From: Geotalea uraniireducens Rf4
GTDB lineage: Bacteria; Desulfobacterota; Desulfuromonadia; Geobacterales; Geobacteraceae
NCBI RefSeq assembly: GCF_000016745.1
Contig: NC_009483.1
Location: 4,800,001 to 4,832,000 of the forward strand
Length of the DNA stretch: 32,000 bases
Direction: 5' to 3'
The translations under genes were made by a program, and so were the position numbers. Below are positions 1 to 7,169 of this stretch, in pieces. Position 1 is the first letter of the stretch; each line of letters begins with the position of its first letter. Below the pieces are notes generated by a model. It ran no database searches. It was given only the letters and a program-made list of their open reading frames with translations, and was not told the DNA's origin.

Positions 1-43
1 CCGCCAGCATGAGTGTCGCCAGCAGCATGATGCGGACTATCAT
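1..43 (-). CDS. N-terminal 14 codons of an unidentified ORF that runs off the window; hydrophobic leader MIVRIMLLATLMLA
   Basis: Reverse complement of 1-60 reads AAGGGGAGGGACCCGCGT ATG ATA GTC CGC ATC ATG CTG CTG GCG. A GGAGG-type RBS lies a few nt upstream of the ATG, whose first base is at 43. Too short to identify. Confidence 0.3.
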   Translation of the reverse strand, partial: MIVRIMLLATLMLA

Positions 44-111
44 ACGCGGGTCCCTCCCCTTCCTGGCAATAACCGATCAGCACTGACCATATCAGGTTTT
101 TACAACAACAA

Positions 112-249
112 TTCCCCCCTCACCCTAGCCCTCTCCTTTAGGCCCGCAATTTGGGTCCGCAAGGGGCGAGGGGACTTTAAAGCTCCCCTCCCTTGATGGA
201 CCCAAAGGGCCTAAAGGAGGGGCTGGGGGAGGGTGCAATGTGCTGGTTT
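112..249. repeat. GC-rich palindromic intergenic element, copy 1 (long variant)
   Basis: TTCCCCCCTCACCCTAGCCCTCTCC...GGGGAGGGTGCAATGTGCTGGTTT is near-identical to 18515-18615, apart from two extra segments (137-157 and 200-216). Confidence 0.8.
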
Positions 250-689
250 TTATGGCTTGGTGAGTCAGTGCAATTTTCTAACCGGACACTACTGACGAAT
301 GTAATCCATTATACCTCTTTTCCAGCGGATGACGCCCATTCGTGCAGCCGGCTTAACAGGACCATTTGCAATTTATCTGTTTTTCTGTCTAATTAAGAAA
401 ATAAAATAGATCGCTATCCCCTCTTAATTCCTACCTTTTTTTGTCAGTTGTAAAAAATTTTTACACCTGCAAAAGCCTAACCTATCGATATTTCAATTGA
501 ATTTCTCTATTTTCTCGTGTAGATACAACTGAGAGCTCATTAATACCAGGCAAGATCGTAGCCGAGCTTATCAGAGGCGGTTGTTGCAGGTATGCAGTGT
601 TTGTTAAGATCGCAATATTGCACCCTAATGTGAATTCAGGCTGCTAACCGCCGTTCGGTGCTCGTCATCAACCCGAGAAGGAGAGCTGG

Positions 690-1994
690 ATGCCGCGCGT
701 AACGATTATTTGCCCGCATTGCAGTTTTAGCCGCGAAATGGATGATGCTGCGATCCCCGCCGGGGTGACCAGGGCCACCTGCCCCAAATGCCGGCAAGGA
801 TTTGGCTTGAGCGAAGCAATCAGGCCACTGGCTGTTGTTTCACCGCCACAGCCGCCTCTCGCACAAGCTGCACCGCCCCCCCTTGAGCCTCCGGCCGCAG
901 TTCCCAAGCCAAATGTACCGCCGAACCCCCGCCCGAAGACCCTCCGCTTCTCCTTCTCAGGCAACGCCCGCGACTACTTCGGCATCTGGATCGTCAATAC
1001 CCTGCTGAAGATCGTCACCGTCGGCATCTACTCGGCCTGGGCCAAGGTCCGCAAACGCCGCTACTTCTACGGCAATACCATGCTCAACAATACCGTCTTC
1101 GAGTATCTGGCCGAACCCATGGCCCTCTTCAAGGGGTGGCTCATCGCCGCAACCTTCTTCCTCCTCTATTCAGTCGGCTCGAAAGTGAACCCCATGCTCG
1201 CAAGCGTACTCGGCATCGTCTTCTTCATCGGCACGCCGTGGCTGATCGTCCGCTCCCGCGTCTTCAACATGCGCAACTCGGCGCACCGCAACATCCGCTT
1301 CACGTTCCAGCCCGACTATCGCGAGGCCTATGTCGTCTTTGCCGGGCTCCCGTTCCTCATCCCGTTCACACTGGGGTTTATCGTCCCCTACATGGTATAC
1401 CGCCAGAAGAAGTTCTTTGTCGAGCAGAGCGGCTACGGCAGGACCCGCTGCACCTTCGACGCCACTGTCAAAGAGTTCTACCTGGTTTTCCTCAAAGCGG
1501 CCGGCGGGTTTGTCCTGCTGATTGCCGGCTTGATCCTGGCCGCATACTTTCTCTCCGCAACCTTCCGGGAACTTTCGCCGCTTTTCCTGGATGGCAGCGG
1601 CCTGGACAAGAAGACCCAGCAAAAAGGCGCTGTCGCCATGGTCTTCATCATTTTCGCCGTCCTGAACCTCTTCTACATCTATTTCGCGGTCTACGTCCAG
1701 ACAGCCCTGGCGAACCTCACCTGGGGCGGGACGCGCATCAGGAACAGCCGGTTTTCCAGCACCCTCAGGGTCCGCGACATGGCCTGGCTCTACTTATCCA
1801 GCGCGGCCGCGATATTTCTTTCCCTGGGGCTCCTCATCCCATGGGCCTCCATCAGAATAACCCGTTACCGCTTGAAAAACCTCTCTCTCAACCTCAACGA
1901 CGACATGGAGGGATTCCTGGGTTGGGGACATGCGGGAGTCGGCTCCGCCGGAGAGGAGATCGGCGATATGTTCGGCATCGACGTGGGGCTATGA
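690..1994 (+). CDS. Membrane protein: N-terminal MJ0042-type zinc ribbon, Pro-rich linker, DUF898 (YjgN-like) domain
   Basis: GAAGGAGAG RBS at 677-685. CPHC...CPKC zinc ribbon, then a PPQPPLAQAAPPPLEPP linker. DYFGIWIVNTLLKIVTVGIYSAWAKVRKRRYFYGNT is the typical DUF898 signature. Several hydrophobic helices. Confidence 0.85.
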   Translation: MPRVTIICPHCSFSREMDDAAIPAGVTRATCPKCRQGFGLSEAIRPLAVVSPPQPPLAQAAPPPLEPPAAVPKPNVPPNPRPKTLRFSFSGNARDYFGIWIVNTLLKIVTVGIYSAWAKVRKRRYFYGNTMLNNTVFEYLAEPMALFKGWLIAATFFLLYSVGSKVNPMLASVLGIVFFIGTPWLIVRSRVFNMRNSAHRNIRFTFQPDYREAYVVFAGLPFLIPFTLGFIVPYMVYRQKKFFVEQSGYGRTRCTFDATVKEFYLVFLKAAGGFVLLIAGLILAAYFLSATFRELSPLFLDGSGLDKKTQQKGAVAMVFIIFAVLNLFYIYFAVYVQTALANLTWGGTRIRNSRFSSTLRVRDMAWLYLSSAAAIFLSLGLLIPWASIRITRYRLKNLSLNLNDDMEGFLGWGHAGVGSAGEEIGDMFGIDVGL

Positions 1995-3034
1995 GTCCCG
2001 TCCGCGCCTATTACTACGACGGCAAGATTTCTGCCCGGCGCATTGTCTCGCTGGAGCGCATCGGTGAAAACCTGCGGCTCCATGGCGACGGGGTGGATGT
2101 GAACTACCCCGTTGCATCGGTCCGCGTCTCTCCCCCCATCGGCCATGTACGCCGCTCGCTCCGTTTCCCCAATGGAATCCTCTGCGAGATCATCGACGAC
2201 GCGTCGCTTGGAGAACTACTGGGAAACGACGGCGGCCTTATCCCGCGACTGCTCGCACGCTGGGAGCGAAGCATCCCGTTGGCCCTGTTGGCAATGGTAC
2301 TGACCGTCGCAACAATTGTGCTGTTCATCAAGTACGGCCTGCCGGCGGTTGCCCGTCACGTGGTCCATGCGGTCCCCGCCTCCTCGGAGGCGAATCTGGG
2401 CAGGGAATCACTGGCTTTTCTCGACAAATACATGATGCAGCCGTCAAAGTTGCCGGAGGCCAGGCGGCGAGAGGTCATGGCCCTCTTCAAAAGGATGCGG
2501 GACACCTTGCCGGAAGCCAATGGCTACCGTCTGGAATTCCGCTCCAGCGATCAAATCGGCGCCAACGCCTTCGCCCTGCCCGGCGGGACGATCGTCGTCA
2601 CCGACGGCATGGTGGAGCTGGCAAAGCGCGACGAGGATCTGACCGGCGTCTTAGCCCACGAGGCGGGTCATGTCCATAACCGCCATGCCCTGCGCCACGT
2701 CCTGCAAAGCACCGGCAGCGGACTCCTCATCGCGGCCGTCACCGGGGACATCACCTCCATCACCTCCCTTTCGGCGACGCTGCCGACGGCGCTCGTCAAT
2801 GCCGGCTATTCACGAGAATTCGAAAACGAGGCGGATGATGCGGCGGTTGCCTACCTGGTCAAGGCCGGGATAGAGCCGAAGACCTACGCGGAGATGCTGG
2901 CCAGGCTTCAGGCAGAACACGACAAGCGGGCAGGCAAGAAGGGAGATACCCGGCACTGGAGCCCCGCGGATCTCTTCGCGTCCCACCCGGAGACCTCCGA
3001 GCGGATCAGACGGGTGCTCGGGAAGCGCAAATGA
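1991..3034 (+). CDS. M48-family zinc metallopeptidase with N-terminal soluble domain and one TM segment
   Basis: HEAGHVHNRH (HExxH) plus a downstream EFENEAD acidic motif. The ATG at 1991 overlaps the upstream TGA (ATGA), suggesting translational coupling. The 1136-1990 part of the long ORF lies out of frame over the DUF898 gene and is discounted. Confidence 0.85.
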   Translation: MSPVRAYYYDGKISARRIVSLERIGENLRLHGDGVDVNYPVASVRVSPPIGHVRRSLRFPNGILCEIIDDASLGELLGNDGGLIPRLLARWERSIPLALLAMVLTVATIVLFIKYGLPAVARHVVHAVPASSEANLGRESLAFLDKYMMQPSKLPEARRREVMALFKRMRDTLPEANGYRLEFRSSDQIGANAFALPGGTIVVTDGMVELAKRDEDLTGVLAHEAGHVHNRHALRHVLQSTGSGLLIAAVTGDITSITSLSATLPTALVNAGYSREFENEADDAAVAYLVKAGIEPKTYAEMLARLQAEHDKRAGKKGDTRHWSPADLFASHPETSERIRRVLGKRK

Positions 3035-3122
3035 TAAAGCCGTTCACTATTTCATGTTTTCAAGTTTGCATTTTTATCGCAATTATGTAAAATATGTTTT
3101 ACAAATTAATTAGGAAACGGCA

Positions 3123-4412
3123 ATGGAATACTTTCTCAGCGAACAGCAGCGGCTGATCGAAACCGTCAGTCCGACGAAGCGGTATCTCTATGACCGCATC
3201 GACTGGAATGAGCGATGTCTCGGCATCCTGGGAGCACGCGGCACAGGGAAGACTACCCTGATGCTGCAGCATATCAAGGAGAGCTACGGGACCACGGACA
3301 AGGCGCTCTACATCTCCGTCGACAGCCCATACTTTCAGGCCCACAACCTCTTCGAGTTTGCCAGGGAGTTCCACCAGCTGGGGGGTGAGGTGTTGTTGGT
3401 GGATGAAATCCACAAGTACCCCGACTGGTCGGTCCATATCAAATCCATTTACGACTCCCTCCCCGACCTGAAGATTGTCTTCTCCGGCTCCAGCCTTTTG
3501 CAGATCGCCAAGCAGAAGGCGGACCTCTCCCGCAGGGCCATCATTTTCAAGCTGCATGGTCTTTCCCTGCGGGAGTATATCAACTTTACCCTCAAGAAAG
3601 AGTATCCGGCCTATGCGCTTGAAGACATCCTTACACGTCACCAGCAGATTGCCGGTGACGTATGCCGTGAGATGAAGGTGCTCAGGCAGTTCCGGGATTA
3701 TCTCCAGGGGGGTTACTACCCGTTTTTCCTGGAGGGGGAGTCCTATTACAAGCTGCGGGTCCGCGAAGTCATCAACCATATCCTTGAGGTAGACCTTCCT
3801 TTCGTCAACCGGATCGAGGCCCGGCAGATATCCAAAATAAAAAAGCTCCTCTACCTGCTGGCGGTTGGTGTACCGTTCACGCCGAACATTGCCAAACTGG
3901 CCGAAGCGACGGATATATCCCGGCCAAGGTTATACGAGTATCTGGAGAATTTGCAGGATGCCCGGCTGTTAAATCTGGTACGGTCGCAGGGTAGAGGCTA
4001 TGAAGTCCTGACCAAGCCGGACAAGATTTACCTGGAGAACAGCAACCTGATGTATGCCATTTCCGAAGAAGTGAATATCGGTTCATTACGGGAGCTGTTC
4101 TTCGTCAATCAAATCAGGAATGCGGGCAGCATCCATCCCAATTTGATTGAAAACTCCGTCGAGCTGTCCGGTCGTGGTGATTTCATTGTTTACCCGTTCC
4201 GTACGGATGCGAATTCGGGCGTACGCCAAGGCAGCGACGAAGCCGACACAGGGAGACGTCTGAAGGCGGAGTCGTACACCTTCGAGATCGGCGGCAAGGG
4301 GAAAGGATTCCGGCAGATAAGCGGTGTCGAAAACAGTTTTGTCGTGGCGGATGATATTGAGGTGGGACTGAAGAATAAGATACCACTCTGGATGTTTGGG
4401 TTTATGTACTGA
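3123..4412 (+). CDS. AAA+ superfamily ATPase (COG1373-like, AAA_14-type N-domain with nuclease-like C-terminal module)
   Basis: Walker A GARGTGKTT and Walker B LLVDEIHKY. The C-terminal FEIGGKGKGF...IPLWMFGFMY is typical of this family. Confidence 0.8.
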   Translation: MEYFLSEQQRLIETVSPTKRYLYDRIDWNERCLGILGARGTGKTTLMLQHIKESYGTTDKALYISVDSPYFQAHNLFEFAREFHQLGGEVLLVDEIHKYPDWSVHIKSIYDSLPDLKIVFSGSSLLQIAKQKADLSRRAIIFKLHGLSLREYINFTLKKEYPAYALEDILTRHQQIAGDVCREMKVLRQFRDYLQGGYYPFFLEGESYYKLRVREVINHILEVDLPFVNRIEARQISKIKKLLYLLAVGVPFTPNIAKLAEATDISRPRLYEYLENLQDARLLNLVRSQGRGYEVLTKPDKIYLENSNLMYAISEEVNIGSLRELFFVNQIRNAGSIHPNLIENSVELSGRGDFIVYPFRTDANSGVRQGSDEADTGRRLKAESYTFEIGGKGKGFRQISGVENSFVVADDIEVGLKNKIPLWMFGFMY

Positions 4413-4514
4413 TGGGATGCAAGCATATTATAGAAAAACATGCATCCTGATATAGGCGCTTGCGACTTGAATCGTTACAAATATGTGAGCAAAATGTTCA
4501 AGCAAGACATGACT

Positions 4515-4626
4515 CACGCGACGACGCACCAAAAGTAGGCGCTTTTAAGCGACGACGCAACGAAAGGTTTTTAAACAAATTATTGGTTCATGGTTTTAAA
4601 ACGTTGCGTCGCCGCGTCGTTGCGTG
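4515..4626. repeat. Nested direct and inverted GCGACGACGCA repeats forming a long imperfect hairpin
   Basis: CACGCGACGACGC (4515-4527) and GCGACGACGCAACG (4549-4562) are mirrored by CGTTGCGTCGCCGC (4602-4615) and GCGTCGTTGCGTG (4614-4626). The centre is AT-rich. Confidence 0.6.
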
Positions 4627-4769
4627 TAATAAAATATTTTTGGTTCCAGCTTGCCCGGCTTAGGATATTGGGGACTGTCAGCCAATCAAGTAGTTCGGCA
4701 GAAAGAAAAACTACAAAAGGCTAATGACAGATTTACTGTGTTGTCGCTGGTTTGTGTATAGATAAGCAC

Positions 4770-5063
4770 GGGGAAGCCACCAAGATTGCCGCCATCGGTG
4801 AAGCGACTGCCCAGGCCTACAGCAAGCAGCAGGAGGCAATCGGTGAAGAGGCCATCAAGCAGATCAAGATCGTGGAGCTGATTTCAGCCGCCATCGAAAA
4901 CGGCAACATCAAGATTGTCCCGGATGTGCTCGTCAGCGGCGGAGGCAACGCTGCTGACGGGCTGATGGGTATGTTGACAAAGCTTTTGCCAGGGGTCGAT
5001 ATTCCGGCGTTGGTTAAAAAATCCGGTACAGCGTCGGTTGAGGGGCGTTCAACTGGTAGTTGA
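4770..5063 (+). pseudogene. 3' fragment of an SPFH/band-7 (flotillin-like) gene; 5' part missing
   Basis: GEATKIAAIGEATAQAYSKQQEAIGEEAI...IKIVPDVLVSGGGNAADGLMGMLTKLL resembles the Ala/Glu-rich C-terminal tail of SPFH proteins. An in-frame TGA at 4725-4727, no credible start and no N-terminal SPFH core upstream. Confidence 0.45.
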
Positions 5064-5090
5064 AGGGACAGACATTTTTATGTTCACAGA

Positions 5091-5111
5091 TTAATACTAC
5101 TCCGACACATA
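5091..5111. repeat. IS left terminal inverted repeat TTAATACTACTCCGACACATA
   Basis: Exact reverse complement of 6595-6615. Confidence 0.9.
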
Positions 5112-5148
5112 GCTTGATATAATCTGTTTCATGTGATAATCTCTGCGA

Positions 5149-6435
5149 ATGACAACAGAGATCGTTTTCCCCGGCATCGAAGAATATATGGCTCCCTATT
5201 ATGGCTATTTCCATCGGTCAGAGAGCCGTGAACTGGCAGAATGTTACTTGGCCGGCCTGCTCATGGACGGTGAGCGCAAGTCAGTTGAACCCATGTCAGA
5301 GAAGGTAAACGCATCTGAACGAAGTATGCAGCGCCTCCTTTCGACTGCCAAATGGGACGATCAACTTGTTGCTGAGCAATTCCGCCGTTCCATGCTTGAC
5401 GTCACTTCCGACCCGCAGGGGATCCTGGTTCTTGATGATACCGGGTTCCCTAAGAAAGGGTACGACAGTGTATGTGTTGCCCGGCAATACTGCGGTGCAT
5501 CAGGCAAGACTGACAACTGTCAGATTGGCGTAAGCATGACGTATGTCGGCAGAGATGTCGCCTGGCCATATGCCATGGAACTGTTCGTCCCGGAATCCTG
5601 GGATCAGCAAAATGATGATTGCACCGCAAAGCGTAAAAAGGCTCACATGCCGGAGTCAGTGCACCATAAGTCAAAATGGCGCATGGCACTTGATTTTGTT
5701 GACCTGGCCCGAAAAGACAATGTTCCCCATCGTGCAGTCCTTGCTGACAGCTGGTATGGCAACATTCCGGAGTTTCGCAAGGAGCTTGAGTCCCGCAGTG
5801 AAAATTACATCCTGGGAGCTTACTCCAACACCCCGGTATTTCTTGAGGAGCCGGTCTTTGAAATTGCGCCAGTCAAAGAGCATAAGCGAGGGCGTCCACG
5901 AACTCGCCCTAAGGTAGTCTCCACAAACCCCGAACCGGTCAAGCTGTCGGTACTGGGCGAAAGCATTGCCGATGATGCATGGCAACGGCTAGAATTGAGG
6001 CTCAATTCCAAGGACAAGCCACTTGTTGCAGAGGCCGTCTCAATGAGAGTGTGGCCGGCTCACGGATGGCGGCAGGGCAATCATCATGAACAAGTCTGGC
6101 TCCTGATAGAGCGCCGCCCCCTGAACCTGGGTGGATACGAGCTTCGCTATTTCTTCAGCAATATGCCGCAGCATCTGGCAACGATTGACCTTGCCCGCCT
6201 CTACCATGAACGTTATTGGATAGAGCATGGCTATCAACAGCTAAAGGAAGAGCTTGGCCTTGATCACCATGAAGGGCGCTCATGGAGCGGATGGCATCGA
6301 CATGTGCTCCTGACGTCCCTGGCATATGGCTATCTGACACTGTTGCGTTTGCAGCAAAAAAAACAGAAGAGTGCGACAGCGCGGAGCAACTGGATTCAGA
6401 AAAAATCGACACTGGCCAACGACGCTTTGTTCTGA
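5149..6435 (+). CDS. IS701-family DDE transposase
   Basis: An N-terminus (YFHRSESRELAECYLAGLLMDGERKSVEPMSE) typical of the family. Catalytic-type motifs LVLDDTGFPKKG, LADSWYG and WIEHGYQQLKEELGLDHHEGRSWSGWHRH. Confidence 0.9.
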   Translation: MTTEIVFPGIEEYMAPYYGYFHRSESRELAECYLAGLLMDGERKSVEPMSEKVNASERSMQRLLSTAKWDDQLVAEQFRRSMLDVTSDPQGILVLDDTGFPKKGYDSVCVARQYCGASGKTDNCQIGVSMTYVGRDVAWPYAMELFVPESWDQQNDDCTAKRKKAHMPESVHHKSKWRMALDFVDLARKDNVPHRAVLADSWYGNIPEFRKELESRSENYILGAYSNTPVFLEEPVFEIAPVKEHKRGRPRTRPKVVSTNPEPVKLSVLGESIADDAWQRLELRLNSKDKPLVAEAVSMRVWPAHGWRQGNHHEQVWLLIERRPLNLGGYELRYFFSNMPQHLATIDLARLYHERYWIEHGYQQLKEELGLDHHEGRSWSGWHRHVLLTSLAYGYLTLLRLQQKKQKSATARSNWIQKKSTLANDALF

Positions 6436-6594
6436 AAACCAAACACCTGGAAAAGTGGCGCCATCGTTGCTGTTCTCTTCGTTCCTCTGAGCGATGGAGG
6501 CGGAGGCAACGACTCAAAGGCATGCCGTCCTTGCCTGACATCAGGCATCAGATTGCAAAGCTTCTGGTGCGAATATTGAAATGTTAAAGAACTA

Positions 6595-6615
6595 TATGTG
6601 TCGGAGTAGTATTAA
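6595..6615. repeat. IS right terminal inverted repeat TATGTGTCGGAGTAGTATTAA
   Basis: Exact reverse complement of 5091-5111. Confidence 0.9.
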
Positions 6616-6634
6616 ATGTTCCATTTGGGTAGAT

Positions 6635-6664
6635 CACCAGTTCACGCGCGCGCGTGAACTGGTG
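6635..6664. repeat. Perfect 30-bp palindrome CACCAGTTCACGCGC|GCGCGTGAACTGGTG
   Basis: Read directly from the sequence; both 15-nt halves are exact reverse complements. No T-tract follows. Confidence 0.9.
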
Positions 6665-6823
6665 AATAACGAGTTGGTCGCAGACAGGGAGGGCTGGAAC
6701 CGTGTTAGACGATCGCATCCTGAACGTGGAGACCAAGAAGGAACTCGCAGCCGACGAGGCTTCCGCGTGCCTGAAGCGCCTCGGTCTCTTACCGATGAAG
6801 CCATCCTACGATCTGGATGGGAA

Positions 6824-6873
6824 TACCTTAAGGGGTCAATACCTTAAGGGGTCAAAATACCTTAAGGGGTCAA
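6824..6873 (+). repeat. Three exact direct copies of TACCTTAAGGGGTCAA (16-mer)
   Basis: Copies at 6824-6839, 6840-6855 and 6858-6873, so the periods are 16 and 18 bp. Each contains the self-complementary CCTTAAGG. Confidence 0.9.
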
Positions 6874-6996
6874 AGCTCCAAATATCAAATTTTCAGGATC
6901 GCTTTCACTTTCTCCACCTCTTCACACAACTTTGTATCTTGAAAAATAGAGGAAAATGAGGGACGCTTCCCATATTTTCACAGACCCTCAAGATGG

Positions 6997-7033
6997 AACG
7001 GGGAACCGCCCTTTCAGCGGTTCCCCGTTTTGC
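6997..7033 (+). terminator. Rho-independent terminator-like hairpin
   Basis: Perfect 13-bp stem AACGGGGAACCGC / GCGGTTCCCCGTT with a 7-nt loop, running into TTTTGC on the + strand. No U-tract in the minus-strand reading. Confidence 0.6.
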
Positions 7034-7169
7034 TATCTTTGTCGTTGTCTTTGAATTCCAATCGTTATATCTTTGGGCAATAAAAAACCCCGGGATCGTC
7101 ACCGACTCAAGGTCGGGAGAGGATTTCTCCGGGGGCTGCATATATATAATATGCTTTTACGGGTGGTAC

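Larger units (their letters stand above)
5086..6615 (+). mobile_element. IS701-family insertion sequence, apparently intact
   Basis: Perfect 21-bp terminal inverted repeats (5091-5111 and 6595-6615) enclose one DDE transposase ORF. ATGTTC occurs at 5080-5085 and 6616-6621 as a candidate target duplication. Confidence 0.85.

Noticed and set aside
193-396. 67-aa ORF, plus the 18482-18604 N-terminal extension of the deaminase ORF
   Set aside because: Both merely translate the GC-rich palindromic repeat into Pro/Gly/Arg-rich peptides. The deaminase has a good RBS and a homologous N-terminus at the internal ATG (18481).
400-689. Riboswitch or leader (for example GEMM-type) upstream of the DUF898 gene, and a sigma54 promoter upstream of the cytochrome gene (9587-9660)
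   Set aside because: I could not find the conserved cores (a GEMM-type GGCAAACC/GCAAAGCC-like core, or TGGCAC-N5-TTGC) by eye. The region only looks like an AT-rich promoter region.
1136-1990. Upstream 285 codons of the 632-aa ORF containing the M48 peptidase
   Set aside because: Arg/Pro/His-rich low-complexity translation lying out of frame over the DUF898 gene. The peptidase homology and the coupled ATG begin at 1991.
3035-3122. att-type direct repeat between the left island edge (GCCGTTCACTATTTCAT) and the right edge (GCCGTTCTCGCAGTAGATTCAT, 9541-9562)
   Set aside because: Only a short, gapped resemblance, well within chance. It is not reported as an att site.
4190-4270. Possible ~25-aa GC-rich insertion (YPFRTDANSGVRQGSDEADTGRRLKAES) in the C-terminal module of the AAA+ ATPase, containing the palindromes CCGTACGG and GGCGTACGCC
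   Set aside because: It rests only on my recollection of how family members read around DFxV...YTFEIGGKxK. It needs a real alignment. The frame is uninterrupted, so there is no evidence of disruption.
6824-6873. CRISPR array
   Set aside because: The repeats are directly adjacent (0-2 bp apart) with no spacers, there are only three copies, and no cas genes are in the window.
6702-6959. 85-aa ORF (VLDDRILNVETKKELAADEASACLKRLGLL...) as a possible small DNA-binding protein
   Set aside because: It has no RBS and an alternative start codon. Its second half is just the translated 16-mer repeats (YLKGS x3). The first 35 aa might be a remnant of a lost gene, but I cannot support that without a search.
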